Shown: positions 19,032-29,332, numbered from the stretch's first letter. The stretch is 64,000 nt of DNA from an uncultured Chitinophagales bacterium (GCA_938023075.1 CALHDG010000130.1:1195-65194), one strand, 5' to 3'. Numbers and translations are program-made. The notes: generated by a model from the sequence alone, not told the origin.

Positions 19032-19559
19032 TTAAAAAGGCAAATCATCTTCAATGTCTTGCACGGTTTCTGTTGGTGATGTTTCAATAAATTGTGGTTT
19101 TGGTGGCACTTCAGTTGGTGTATTGGCGGAAACTGTAGCTGCCGCTGCTGTAGTTGCTGCCGGAGTATTAGCTGTTGGTGCAGTAGCCGGTTGAACGTAA
19201 GAGCCTGAAGATGCGCCACTTTCAGCACTTCTTCTATTTAGCATAACCATATTACTTACTTCTATTTCGGTAATGTATTTTTTATTGCCATCGGCATCAT
19301 CCCAACTGCGGTTTTTTATTTTACCCTCTACATAAATTGAATCTCCTTTTTTTAAATATTTTTCTGCTACTTCAGCCAAACCCCGCCACATTACAATATT
19401 GTGCCATTCGGTTGTATCAACGCGTTCTCCACTTTTTGAAGTATACGAATCTGAAGTAGCCAACGAAAAACTGGCTTTGGGCACCCCGCTTTCAAAGTAT
19501 TTCATTTCAGGGTCTCTACCCAAGTTGCCAACTAAAATTACTTTATTTACTCCTCTCAT
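19032..19559 (-). CDS. ssb: Single-stranded DNA-binding protein (main)
   Basis: VNKVILVGNLGRDPE ... acidic tail EDDLPF. Confidence 0.95.
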   Translation of the reverse strand: MRGVNKVILVGNLGRDPEMKYFESGVPKASFSLATSDSYTSKSGERVDTTEWHNIVMWRGLAEVAEKYLKKGDSIYVEGKIKNRSWDDADGNKKYITEIEVSNMVMLNRRSAESGASSGSYVQPATAPTANTPAATTAAAATVSANTPTEVPPKPQFIETSPTETVQDIEDDLPF

Positions 19560-19574
19560 ATTTTATTATCAATG

Positions 19575-20642
19575 CTATTTCAAATTTAAAAATAACAACT
19601 TATCATTTAAAAAACAATCAATTATTTTCGGAAATGCAAAATTGTGGATTTCTTTTTCGTTAACAGCCATCCAATTTTTATGTTTTTTAAGTGCTTTTGT
19701 GAGCTTAACTTCAATGAAACGCGCATTAATTTTTTGATGAGTTAGTGTTTGTTTATAAATAGTAGAGACATTTTTTATGCCATAAGTTGCGTTCTTTAAT
19801 AATAAATTAACTTGGTCTGAATATACAGACTCATCTACAAATGTGGTTTTATTCACTTCAATTAAAGGAAACTGGTATAAATGCAACCATATATCTTTTT
19901 CCATTCTTTTATGAAGGTACACTTTATTTTTATTTTTTATCTTACAATAAAGAAAATAGCGATCTTTTTTAATTATTTTATTAGTTTTTACTGGTAAAGT
20001 ATCTACTTTTTTGTTTTGGTAAGCCCAACATTTTTTATTCAGTGGACAATTACTACAACTAGCTTTTTTGGGGCTACATACAGTCGCTCCAAAATCCATA
20101 ATTGCTTGGTTATAAGTTGCAGAATCTTTGGTATATAAATTGGTTTTAGCTAATACGTTAAAATGTTTTTTTCCTAAGGTTGAGTTTATCGCAATATCCA
20201 CCCCAAAATACCTGGAAAGCACTCTGTAAACGTTACCATCTACCACCGCACATTGTTCATTAAAGGCAAAAGATGCGATGGCAGCAGCCGTATATTCGCC
20301 AACACCTTTCAATTTCAACAAATCCTTATAATTGTCAGGAAACTGACTATTTAAATTTTCCACAATAAAGCGGGCGGTTTCATGCATATTTCTAGCTCTT
20401 GAATAATAGCCTAAACCTTGCCATAATTTCATCACTTCATCAAGCGGGGCAGCCGCTAAATCCTCTATTTCCGGGTATTTTTGCTTAAATTTCAAAAAGT
20501 AGGGAGTAGCCTGTTGAACACGGGTTTGTTGTAGTAAAACTTCTGATAACCAGATACTATACACATCAAAATATTGTTTCCAAGGTAATTTTCGGCTCGT
20601 TTTTTGATACCACTTTAGTAGATTATGTTGAAAGCTATTCAT
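19575..20642 (-). CDS. mutY: A/G-specific adenine glycosylase
   Basis: WLSEVLLQQTRV, WQGLGYYSRARN, GVGEYTA, VVDGNVYRV, Fe-S Cys motif. Confidence 0.95.
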   Translation of the reverse strand: MNSFQHNLLKWYQKTSRKLPWKQYFDVYSIWLSEVLLQQTRVQQATPYFLKFKQKYPEIEDLAAAPLDEVMKLWQGLGYYSRARNMHETARFIVENLNSQFPDNYKDLLKLKGVGEYTAAAIASFAFNEQCAVVDGNVYRVLSRYFGVDIAINSTLGKKHFNVLAKTNLYTKDSATYNQAIMDFGATVCSPKKASCSNCPLNKKCWAYQNKKVDTLPVKTNKIIKKDRYFLYCKIKNKNKVYLHKRMEKDIWLHLYQFPLIEVNKTTFVDESVYSDQVNLLLKNATYGIKNVSTIYKQTLTHQKINARFIEVKLTKALKKHKNWMAVNEKEIHNFAFPKIIDCFLNDKLLFLNLK

Positions 20643-20755
20643 TTATATAAGTAAAAAAAGAAAAATTTATTTTATTTTGCGAATAAATTTAGCAGATTTG
20701 CGTTAATGAATGCTAAAAACATTAGAGAACAGATTAATTTTACCAATATAAATTT

Positions 20756-21049
20756 ATGAGGAAAGCAGATTTAATAACTAGTATTGCCGAGAAGACCGGC
20801 GTACCAAAAGTGGATGTTTTAGTTTCACTTGAAGCTTTTTTTAAAGAAGTAAAAGTTTCATTGGAAAAGGGTGAAAATGTTTACATTAGGGGATTTGGCA
20901 GTTTTATAACCAAAAAACGAGCTAAAAAGATTGGCAGAAATATTAAAAAGAATATCGCCATCGAAATTCCTGAACATCACATTCCTTCGTTTAAACCGGC
21001 AAAGGTTTTTACGGAAATGGTGAAAAAAAGTAAGCAAATAAAATCCTAA
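20756..21049 (+). CDS. HU/IHF family DNA-binding protein
   Basis: MRKADLI, VYIRGFGSF, GRNI, IPSFKP. Confidence 0.93.
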   Translation: MRKADLITSIAEKTGVPKVDVLVSLEAFFKEVKVSLEKGENVYIRGFGSFITKKRAKKIGRNIKKNIAIEIPEHHIPSFKPAKVFTEMVKKSKQIKS

Positions 21050-21071
21050 GTTAAAACCCGTACACGTAGCG

Positions 21072-21893
21072 TTGAAATATCAAGTAGTTTTAATAATTAG
21101 TTCTATTACATTAGTCATTTTGCTATTCTTTTTCGGAAGAAACAAGCCCTTGAAAAAAAATAAAACGACAAATTTTATTACAGAAGGAAGCTTTAACATA
21201 AATGAATATTTAAGTATTAATAAAGATAAGCTCTTGATTATTCCCAAAGATTCGATCAATTTATTAGAATCTTTGGTGAGCAAACGAAAACCAGACTCTT
21301 TAAATATCAGCTATTTGAATCAAATAGCTGATATTTGGAAAAATAATCGTAAGTTTGCAGCCGCTTCGGAATATTATCGCCGTGTAGCCGTAATTGATTC
21401 TACCGCAACACGATGGGAAAATGCCGGAGACAGATTGTATGAAGCATTTGCTTTGGAACAAGATTCTGTTGTTACAGATTATTTATTGCAACAATCTATT
21501 GAGGCTTATCAAACTTCAATTGATATAGATACCACAAGATTTAGCCCTTCGGTTAAATTAGCTGAAGTTTTAGTGGATGGAACTAAAAATACAATGGCGG
21601 GTGTTACTATTTTATTAGATGTAATAAAAAAAGATCCTGACAATGTTCGAGCTGGGTTAACGCTTGGTAGACTTTCATTAGTATCCGGTCAATTTGAAAA
21701 AGCGATTCTAAGATTAGATCATATATTAAAGTTAGAACCCGATAACACCGAAGCCTTATTGTATTTGGCTGGCGTTTATGAGCAAACCAATCAAAAGCAA
21801 AAAGCGATACAATATTATGAACGTTGCAGAGATTTAAGTAAAAATCCTGAAACACGTCAGAAAATTGACATATATTTGCAAAAATTAAAATAA
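21072..21893 (+). CDS. Membrane-anchored TPR protein
   Basis: N-terminal TM and TPR-like helices; position between HU and rne. Confidence 0.8.
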   Translation: MKYQVVLIISSITLVILLFFFGRNKPLKKNKTTNFITEGSFNINEYLSINKDKLLIIPKDSINLLESLVSKRKPDSLNISYLNQIADIWKNNRKFAAASEYYRRVAVIDSTATRWENAGDRLYEAFALEQDSVVTDYLLQQSIEAYQTSIDIDTTRFSPSVKLAEVLVDGTKNTMAGVTILLDVIKKDPDNVRAGLTLGRLSLVSGQFEKAILRLDHILKLEPDNTEALLYLAGVYEQTNQKQKAIQYYERCRDLSKNPETRQKIDIYLQKLK

Positions 21894-21908
21894 TAGATCG
21901 ATTTACAT

Positions 21909-22004
21909 ATGCCTTGCGGAAAAAAGAGAAAAAGACATAAAATTGCTACACACAAACGGAAAAAGCGATTAAGAAAAAACAGACACAAAAAGAAAACTAA
22001 ATAG
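21909..22004 (+). CDS. 31-aa basic protein, ribosomal protein bS22 / AURKAIP1-COX24 (mS38) family
   Basis: MPCGKKRKRHKIATHKRKKRLRKNRHKKKTK; below the ORF-track cutoff, translated by hand. Confidence 0.85.
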   Translation: MPCGKKRKRHKIATHKRKKRLRKNRHKKKTK

Positions 22005-22130
22005 GTTTAATACATTTGCTTATCTATTTAAGCCTTCGTTTTTATTTTATTAAATTGTTTAGCCCACAATGAAACACCCGTTTATCCTTAATCTTGGTTT
22101 ATTTATTAATCTTCCTTAAATAGATTAAGA

Positions 22131-23687
22131 TTGACTAAAGATTTAATTATTAATGCTTCTAAAAAAGTAACAGAAATTGCTTTATTAGAAGATAAGAACT
22201 TAACGGAACTTCACCAGGAAACAGGAGGGAACAACTATCAGGTTGGTGATTTATATTTGGGCAAAATAAAAAAAATTATGCCCGGTTTGAATGCTGCATT
22301 TGTAGATGTTGGGCATAAAAAAGATGCTTTTTTACATTATACTGATCTTGGACCAAATATTCGTTCACTCAATAAATACGTTTGGGAAAGTCATGAGGGT
22401 AAAAAACCCAATCCATCATTAGATAATTTTGCTTATGAGCCGGAAATTATCAAAACCGGCAAAATTAATCAGGCACTGATTAAAAAGAAGCCTATTTTAG
22501 TGCAAATTTTAAAAGAGCCAATCTCAACCAAAGGTCCTCGCTTATCTTGCGAAATTAACCTTGCCGGTAGATATTTGGTTATCTCTCCATTCACTAAGCA
22601 TATTAGTATTTCCAAAAAAATTAACTCAAGTGATGAACGCAAACGCCTTCAAAAATTAATTGAAAGTATTAAGCCCAAAAATTTTGGTGTAATTGTACGA
22701 ACCATTGCTCAAGGAAAAAGAGTATCAGAATTGCATCATGATATGCAACAATTGCTCGAAAAATGGAATAAGGTACAATTGGAGTTAAGCTCTTCAATGC
22801 CACCTGAAAAAGTATTTTCAGAGGTAAGCAAAACCAGTTCGTTATTAAGAGATTTACTCAATAATTCATTCACAAAAATTTATGTAAACGATAAATTTTA
22901 TGCCAACGATTTAAAAGCCTACGTTTCAAAGTTAGAACCCGGTAAAGAGAAAATTGTAAACTACGTTAATAGTAAACGAACTATTTTCGATCAATTTGGT
23001 GTAACCAAGCAAATTAAATCTTCTTTTGGCAAAACGGTTACTATGGCTAGCGGTGCCTATTTGGTAATTGAGCATACCGAAGCCATGCACGTTATTGATG
23101 TAAACAGTGGACATAAAGTAGGCGAACGTACCGACCAGGAAAGCCAAGCTTTAGTTGTTAATCTTGAATCTGCTGCCGAAATAGCCCGGCAACTGCGCTT
23201 AAGAGATATTGGTGGAATTATTATTATTGATTTTATTGATATGAAACAACCCGAAAACAAAAAAACTTTGTTGAAGCGGGTAAAAGAATGTATGCTGCAT
23301 GATAGAGCAAAACATACTATTTTACCCTTAAGTCGCTTTGGCTTAATGCAAATTACCCGGCAACGTGATAAACCCGAAATAAAAATTAAAACACAGGAAG
23401 TATGTGCAACTTGTAATGGTACTGGAAATGTAAAACCCTCCATTTTATTGTTAGATGACATTGAAGATAACATCAGCTATCTCTTTAACGAAATGAATAT
23501 GACGGGATTGAAACTTTATGTACATCCCTATATAGAAGGGTTTATAAAGCGCGGTTTATTTAACAAACAATGGCAGTGGTATAGAAAATACAAAAAATGG
23601 CTTAAAGTACACGCTAATAATGATTATGCCTTAACAGAATATCATTTCTTTGATAAGTTAGATGAGAAAATACAACTTAAATCGTAG
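22131..23687 (+). CDS. Rne/Rng family ribonuclease
   Basis: MPGLNAAFVDVG, KEPISTKGPRLS, VIDVNSG, RQLRLRDIGGIIIIDFIDM. Confidence 0.95.
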   Translation: MTKDLIINASKKVTEIALLEDKNLTELHQETGGNNYQVGDLYLGKIKKIMPGLNAAFVDVGHKKDAFLHYTDLGPNIRSLNKYVWESHEGKKPNPSLDNFAYEPEIIKTGKINQALIKKKPILVQILKEPISTKGPRLSCEINLAGRYLVISPFTKHISISKKINSSDERKRLQKLIESIKPKNFGVIVRTIAQGKRVSELHHDMQQLLEKWNKVQLELSSSMPPEKVFSEVSKTSSLLRDLLNNSFTKIYVNDKFYANDLKAYVSKLEPGKEKIVNYVNSKRTIFDQFGVTKQIKSSFGKTVTMASGAYLVIEHTEAMHVIDVNSGHKVGERTDQESQALVVNLESAAEIARQLRLRDIGGIIIIDFIDMKQPENKKTLLKRVKECMLHDRAKHTILPLSRFGLMQITRQRDKPEIKIKTQEVCATCNGTGNVKPSILLLDDIEDNISYLFNEMNMTGLKLYVHPYIEGFIKRGLFNKQWQWYRKYKKWLKVHANNDYALTEYHFFDKLDEKIQLKS

Positions 23688-23741
23688 CCTGATTAAAGAT
23701 GTATTTTAGAAGAAAACAATAATTATCCGTTAACTACGAAG

Positions 23742-24494
23742 GTGTCTAGGTACTTTTTTAAAATACAATACAATGGTACCAATTATCACGGATGGCAATA
23801 TCAACCCAATGCCATCAGTGTTCAAGAAACCATACAAAATCAACTATACAAACTATTCAAAAATCAGCAATCTATAGTTGGCTGTGGCAGAACAGATACT
23901 GGTGTACATGCCAGCCAATATTATTTTCATTTTGATATAGAAGAAGTTATCGACATCAATACGATTCAACACAAACTGAATGGTATGTTGCCTAAAGATA
24001 TTTATGTGGAAAACATCATTCCTGTCAATGAAAAAGCCCATGCCCGTTTCGATGCTACTAAAAGGGCTTATACCTATATCATCTCAACCATAAAAAATCC
24101 TTTTTTGATCAACCGGGCGTGGATATATCCATACTATCCACTTGACCTATTACTCATGCAACAAGCCGCAACCGATTTTTTACAATACAACGACTTTCCT
24201 ATGCTTTGCAAAACCGGCAGTGATGTTACCCATTTTCGGTGCACTATTTTTAAAAGCAAGTTGATCCATCAAACAGACAAACATCAAATTATTTATCAAA
24301 TAGAAGCTAACCGCTTTTTACGAAATATGATTAGACGCTTAACAGGCTTATTAGTTCAAATTGGCAGAGGCAAACTTAGCATTGAAACCTTTAATGAAAC
24401 GCTACAAAACAAAAGCCAATTTAAATATATTACCCTTGCCCCGCCAGAAGGTTTGTATTTGAGTGGAGTGGAGTACGATTTTATAGAAAAATAA
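23742..24494 (+). CDS. truA: tRNA pseudouridine(38-40) synthase
   Basis: YNGTNYHGWQ, GCGRTDTGVHA, HARFDA, NRFLRNMIR, APPEGLYL. Confidence 0.95.
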   Translation: MSRYFFKIQYNGTNYHGWQYQPNAISVQETIQNQLYKLFKNQQSIVGCGRTDTGVHASQYYFHFDIEEVIDINTIQHKLNGMLPKDIYVENIIPVNEKAHARFDATKRAYTYIISTIKNPFLINRAWIYPYYPLDLLLMQQAATDFLQYNDFPMLCKTGSDVTHFRCTIFKSKLIHQTDKHQIIYQIEANRFLRNMIRRLTGLLVQIGRGKLSIETFNETLQNKSQFKYITLAPPEGLYLSGVEYDFIEK

Positions 24495-24501
24495 AATCAA
24501 C

Positions 24502-25491
24502 TCACCCCCCAATAGTAGACATCGATTCAAAGCTGTTGGAAACTAAGGTTCGTTTAGCTTCGGCTTCAAAGCCATTTGCCGGACGATTGTTAAAGGCTTT
24601 TAATAAGAGTTGTTTTATCTCCTCGTCATCAGTACCGCTGCGTATTATTTTTTTAAGATTTATAACGCCTTCATCGTACAAACAGGTTTTTAACATGCCT
24701 TGTGCTGTTAATCTGATGCGGTTGCAGGTGCCACAAAAAGTACGGCTAAAAGCAGGGATCACTCCAAAAGAACCTTTAAAACCTTTTACTCGATAATTTA
24801 AAGCGGTACTGTTTGCACCATCTTTCAATTTAAGTAGGCTATGATATTTAGTTTGAATACGTTCGATAATTTGTCGATAATTTAAAGCAAGCATTGGTTT
24901 TTGGCTATTGGAGCCATTAAAAGGCATTTCTTCAATAAAGCGCACCGCAACCGGATGATCTTTAGAAAGCTCCATCATCGGAATAATATCTTCTTCATTT
25001 TTATTAGCCATCACCACCATATTTATTTTTAAGGGCATGCCCATTTCCAACAGAGCATTGAAAGTTTCCATCACTTTATCAAACTCATTGCGGCGGGTAA
25101 TTTCATAAAAACGTTTAGGGTTAATACTATCTAAACTTAAATTAATGGATTGGATGCCCATACGTTTTAAATTGGTTAAGTGAGGACCCACTAAAACCCC
25201 ATTGGTAGTCATATGAATTTGCTCAATATGTTCCAATTGGTTAATTTGTTGAATGAACGTACTAATGTCTTTTCTTAAAAAGGGTTCACCACCGGTAATA
25301 CGAATTTTTGAAATACCCATAGTAGAAAGCAATTGAACTATGCGATACATTTCTTCAAAACTGAGGAGTTCTTTTTTCTTTACATATTGAACATTTTCAG
25401 GCATACAATAAGTACACCGTAAGTTACATCTATCGGTAACAGCTAAGCGCAAATAATTTAGCGGACGGTTATGGTTATCGTATAATTTCAA
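24502..25491 (-). CDS. moaA: GTP 3',8-cyclase MoaA
   Basis: YLRLAVTDRCNLRCTYCMP, RITGGEP, FCGTCNRIRLT, C-terminal MSTIGG. Confidence 0.95.
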   Translation of the reverse strand: MKLYDNHNRPLNYLRLAVTDRCNLRCTYCMPENVQYVKKKELLSFEEMYRIVQLLSTMGISKIRITGGEPFLRKDISTFIQQINQLEHIEQIHMTTNGVLVGPHLTNLKRMGIQSINLSLDSINPKRFYEITRRNEFDKVMETFNALLEMGMPLKINMVVMANKNEEDIIPMMELSKDHPVAVRFIEEMPFNGSNSQKPMLALNYRQIIERIQTKYHSLLKLKDGANSTALNYRVKGFKGSFGVIPAFSRTFCGTCNRIRLTAQGMLKTCLYDEGVINLKKIIRSGTDDEEIKQLLLKAFNNRPANGFEAEAKRTLVSNSFESMSTIGG

Positions 25492-25520
25492 ATGAATCTT
25501 CTTGCTCTAATAGGCTCAAT

Positions 25521-25711
25521 ATAGTAAATATAATTAGAATGCGTGACAAATTTAGGTGCAACGTACTCCAAAACTCTCTAAAACCTACCGACGTCATAGC
25601 GGCTACCTGCATATGCCCGTACACAAGTAAAATTTAATGAGTTTATAACACGGAAGATACTGCGCCTACATAGCACATTTTTTTGTTTTGTTTTACTATC
25701 GAAACTTAAGT
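25521..25711. mobile_element. Degenerate hairpin element carrying one family-A-type TIR
   Basis: TTTTACTATCGAAACTTAAGT at 25691-25711 matches the MITE-A end. The interior differs but forms an imperfect long palindrome (AGGTGCA...TGCGCCT). Confidence 0.4.
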
Positions 25712-25751
25712 TAATTATACTTGAACCCCATTACTTGAAAGGGCTGATTAT

Positions 25752-26861
25752 CTATTTTTTATGGGTATCTAACTGCTTAGAAGAAGCTTTTGAAGCAGGC
25801 TTGTACGTTTTATCAAACAACCATTTGCGCTGATACTTTTCTTCGCCCAAAAAAAGTTGAACTTCTAATTGTTTAATTTTTTGAAACATTTGTTCTTTGT
25901 AAGCGGCGTGAGGGTCTTTTTGCTGATGCTTATCCAACCAATTGAATTTGTTACTATAATATTGGTCTAACTTTCTAAAAATAAAAACCTCTGTATCGCT
26001 TAGGTTTAAAGGTTGTTGCAATTGATGATGGTAGGTGTTTTTTAACGGTGCGGGCGGCAATACAATATCTAAATCAACATAAAATTGACTGAGTTGATTT
26101 TTGGTTTGCTGCAAGTCCTCTTCACTTATTTCATCTGTATAAAAATAATTGATATAGGGCGTATGACTTAATATTTTATGTACCCAATCATAATTATGAA
26201 TGGCGTATTTCAAATCATTATCCACTATTTTAATAAATTTAGAGGGCATAACAGCTTGCGTTTTCAACCCTAAAAATTGAAAAAGATCAGTTAATGTTTC
26301 TTGCTTATGATGAAGCAAATCTTCATAATAAACGGTTTTTATTTGGTCAAAGTCAGCATGTAATTTTTGTTGGAAGCGTTGGTTTTGCCGTTCCCGGAGT
26401 TCCATATAATTTATCGCATGCAAAGTGCCTAATCCTTGCAATTCTACATCCACCTTTTCTTTTATATTACTTACACCGGTTTGCTGTCTAATAGTCCGGT
26501 GATATTGATGAGAAACCGCTGCCTTCAACAGGTTTTTTCGCAACAAAAAAATGCATTTAAATTGGTTTTCTATAAGATAAGTATACACATCTAAATAATG
26601 GTCAAGCTGATTGGGATATTTAAACTTAAAGCCTTTTGATTTGATTTTGCTAAACAAACGTTTCTTTTCAAAATAAGATAAGGTAGTAGCAACTTGATTT
26701 TTATCGAGTTGACGAATTTGTTGCGTACGATTATTTACCTTAATATCTTTCGTATCAAAAATTTCCATTCTGCATTCAACTTGTGGATGCTGATTTAACA
26801 AATCAACCAACATGGTAGAGCCACTCCGTTCAAAAAAAGCAATGAAAAAATTGTTTCGCAT
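25752..26861 (-). CDS. Sulfotransferase (Stf0/NodH-like)
   Basis: PAPS-binding RSGSTML, LLNQHP, GFKFKY, IFLLRKNLLKAAVS, VYYEDL. Confidence 0.8.
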   Translation of the reverse strand: MRNNFFIAFFERSGSTMLVDLLNQHPQVECRMEIFDTKDIKVNNRTQQIRQLDKNQVATTLSYFEKKRLFSKIKSKGFKFKYPNQLDHYLDVYTYLIENQFKCIFLLRKNLLKAAVSHQYHRTIRQQTGVSNIKEKVDVELQGLGTLHAINYMELRERQNQRFQQKLHADFDQIKTVYYEDLLHHKQETLTDLFQFLGLKTQAVMPSKFIKIVDNDLKYAIHNYDWVHKILSHTPYINYFYTDEISEEDLQQTKNQLSQFYVDLDIVLPPAPLKNTYHHQLQQPLNLSDTEVFIFRKLDQYYSNKFNWLDKHQQKDPHAAYKEQMFQKIKQLEVQLFLGEEKYQRKWLFDKTYKPASKASSKQLDTHKK

Positions 26862-26964
26862 ATTTTCTTATAAAAATAAGACCACAAAATTGAGAAAAGC
26901 AACAGTCATATTATATATTCTACCAGAAAAATTCTTTTAAAATTATTTGTACCTTTAAAAACAA

Positions 26965-27246
26965 ATGACATTAAGACCATCATTATTTTGGGATGTGGAT
27001 GTAAAAACCATTGACTTACAAAAGCATCGAATTTCAGTTATTGAACGAATTACGCTTAGAGGGCGTTGGGAGGAATTTAAAACTATGCTTAATTTTTATG
27101 GAAAGGAAACCGTTAAAGAAACCTTATTGGAAGTTCGTTATTTAGATAAAGTAACGCTTGCTTTTTGTAGTACCATTTTTGAAATACCTAAAAGTGAATT
27201 TAGATGTTACAAACTCGCACAGTTGAACCCCGAACACTTGGATTAA
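26965..27246 (+). CDS. DUF6922-like putative antitoxin
   Basis: LRPSLFWDVD, VIERITLRG, FYGKE, FEIPKSEFRCY. Confidence 0.75.
   Translation: MTLRPSLFWDVDVKTIDLQKHRISVIERITLRGRWEEFKTMLNFYGKETVKETLLEVRYLDKVTLAFCSTIFEIPKSEFRCYKLAQLNPEHLD
27204..27245 (+). pseudogene. N-terminal stub of an AbiEii-type nucleotidyltransferase toxin
   Basis: Overlapping frame reads MLQTRTVEPRTLGL, then runs into the antiparallel gene. Confidence 0.5.
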
Positions 27247-28979
27247 AAGAAAAAATCCTTAGCCGCAATATTCATTCTAAAATGTATACCGGCATAATGC
27301 GTAAGTAAAGTTTTTTCGGGCAATAAATAATATTTTTCAGAGCGAAATTGATAAGTAAAATCTACAAAAATATTGTGCCATGGCATATAGCTTAAAATAA
27401 ATTGATTATGTAAGATGGCTTTTTTGCTGCCTTGCAAAAGCTCATTTCCAAACTCTTGAAAATAGGTAGTTTGGTCTGCAAAAATATCGCCGCCAAAGTT
27501 GAGGCTATCGGTATTTTCCCCTTTTTCGGCATACATTAATTGATTGGTTAAGGCTATTTTAGGATGCGGTCTATAGCGTACAATACCCAAAAATTCCTGA
27601 AAATTACTGCCAAGTGGATGGGCTAAAGGTTGGTTGTAATGCGTATAATTGATGGTGGTATCAAAATGAGAATAAGTATAAGGGCGCGCCATATTATACT
27701 CTAACTGAATATCCAATTGAGTAATGTTAAACGCATCTATATATTTTATACCACTTTGAAAAGCATACTTATTGGCAAACCAACCGCGCCGTTCTATAAA
27801 CAATTCAGAAGCTCTAAAATCATCTAATAAAAATTGACCGTATACCGAAAAGTGTTTTAAAAAAACGGCTTTCCAATCTATGCCTATCACCGAATTATCG
27901 GGGCTGCCTTGATGCCATTCAATCGCCTTATAAAATATAACCGGGTTTAAATAATTCAAATCAAAACCACCTTCTCTAAAAAAAATAACTGATTCAAACA
28001 AACCAATGTTTAACCAAGGTGTAGCATTAATGCTTAAATGATGGGTAGCAGCAAATTTTTTATTACGCAGTTGCGCACCATCTAAAATACTGTATTGCTG
28101 CACCAATTCCGACCAAATGGTTTGATAACTCAAGCGCCAAAATTGCGTTTGTACTTTGGCAAATAAATACGGTGCACCAAAGTTAGACAACAACATAGAG
28201 CGATAACCATTACCCAAAAAATGATGGTCGTGCCCAAACTGCACCTTAATTTTTTTAAACACCGGAAAAGACAGATAGCCTCTGTAGGTAAAAAAGTCTA
28301 AGGCTTCATTTTCGCCGAAAGCCGTCCAAGCTCCTTCGCCGGGTACGGCTTCGTCGCCACCGTATTTTTTAAATACCCGGTTTTGAACATAAGTAGGTGT
28401 AACGATTTGATTTTCGGTCAGTATAGAGTAAAAACCTACCTTATCAAACAAGCGACCTCGTACTTCAAAACCTCTGGTATTTTGATAATTTGTTTTTGCC
28501 GAGTTTGCTTCTATACCCAAACCAACATTCAATACCGGATTGATTTTTAACACAAAATCATCGCCTTCTTTTAAAAAAAAATCTGACCTATATTGATAAA
28601 AATATTTGAGCAAAGGCTTTTTGGTAGGGATGTGTCCTTTATCCGTCCATTCATTATTATCTATATAAACATAGCGATGGTTGTAGCGGTCTTTAGCACG
28701 AAATTTTAACGATAAGGTATCTAAATTACTATGTAAATTCGCTACTTGTTTTCTGCTGTAGGGCTTTTGGTTGGTAAATAGGGTATGATGCAACGTGTTG
28801 GACTGTATTTCAATTCTATCGGTAAAATGGTAAGCCGGGTTGTTGAAGGGCAGGTAAGTGCTTTGGGCAAATAACATATGGGGTACATTCAAAAAACAAA
28901 GCAAGCCTATTAGATTACAAAGATTGATATTGCTTTGATTATTCAAAAATAGAATTAAAGTATGGATAGGATTCATCAT
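27243..28979 (-). CDS. Outer-membrane beta-barrel, capsule assembly Wzi / RemB-like
   Basis: QFGHDHHFLGNGYRSMLLS, NIGLFESV, YLNPVIFY, YGQFLLDDF, RPYTYSH, YNQPLAHPLGSNF. Confidence 0.8.
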   Translation of the reverse strand: MMNPIHTLILFLNNQSNINLCNLIGLLCFLNVPHMLFAQSTYLPFNNPAYHFTDRIEIQSNTLHHTLFTNQKPYSRKQVANLHSNLDTLSLKFRAKDRYNHRYVYIDNNEWTDKGHIPTKKPLLKYFYQYRSDFFLKEGDDFVLKINPVLNVGLGIEANSAKTNYQNTRGFEVRGRLFDKVGFYSILTENQIVTPTYVQNRVFKKYGGDEAVPGEGAWTAFGENEALDFFTYRGYLSFPVFKKIKVQFGHDHHFLGNGYRSMLLSNFGAPYLFAKVQTQFWRLSYQTIWSELVQQYSILDGAQLRNKKFAATHHLSINATPWLNIGLFESVIFFREGGFDLNYLNPVIFYKAIEWHQGSPDNSVIGIDWKAVFLKHFSVYGQFLLDDFRASELFIERRGWFANKYAFQSGIKYIDAFNITQLDIQLEYNMARPYTYSHFDTTINYTHYNQPLAHPLGSNFQEFLGIVRYRPHPKIALTNQLMYAEKGENTDSLNFGGDIFADQTTYFQEFGNELLQGSKKAILHNQFILSYMPWHNIFVDFTYQFRSEKYYLLPEKTLLTHYAGIHFRMNIAAKDFFF

Positions 28980-29016
28980 TTTATCTCAATTAATAAAAAC
29001 GTCTTTAATAATAATT

Positions 29017-29239
29017 ACTTAAGTTTCGGTAGTAGTATTTATTTCATAATAACTTGAATATATATTATTTATGGAAATTGAAGTACTCCATAAGTTTAAG
29101 TTAACTTAATTCAACATATAAATCATAAAATCATCCAAGTGAACCTGTTCACTTGTTTTAGTAAAGTGGCAGTGCTTTTGTTGACGCAATAGAACAGGTT
29201 CCATTGGAACAACAATTATTTTACTACCGAAACTTAAGT
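29017..29239 (+). mobile_element. 223-bp MITE, family A copy 2
   Basis: TIRs ACTTAAGTTTCGGTAGTA...TACTACCGAAACTTAAGT; same length and interior as copy 1. Confidence 0.88.
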
Positions 29240-29332
29240 AATTATTTGAAAACTGAACTTAATTTGGTAATATTATGTATTAAATTTGTATTTTTTAAAC
29301 TAAAGTTCACTTACTAAATCAATATCATTATC

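Noticed and set aside
25492-25700. Moco riboswitch upstream of moaA
   Set aside because: I could not find the expected conserved segments on the minus strand; the region is better explained as a repeat element. A cmsearch would settle it.
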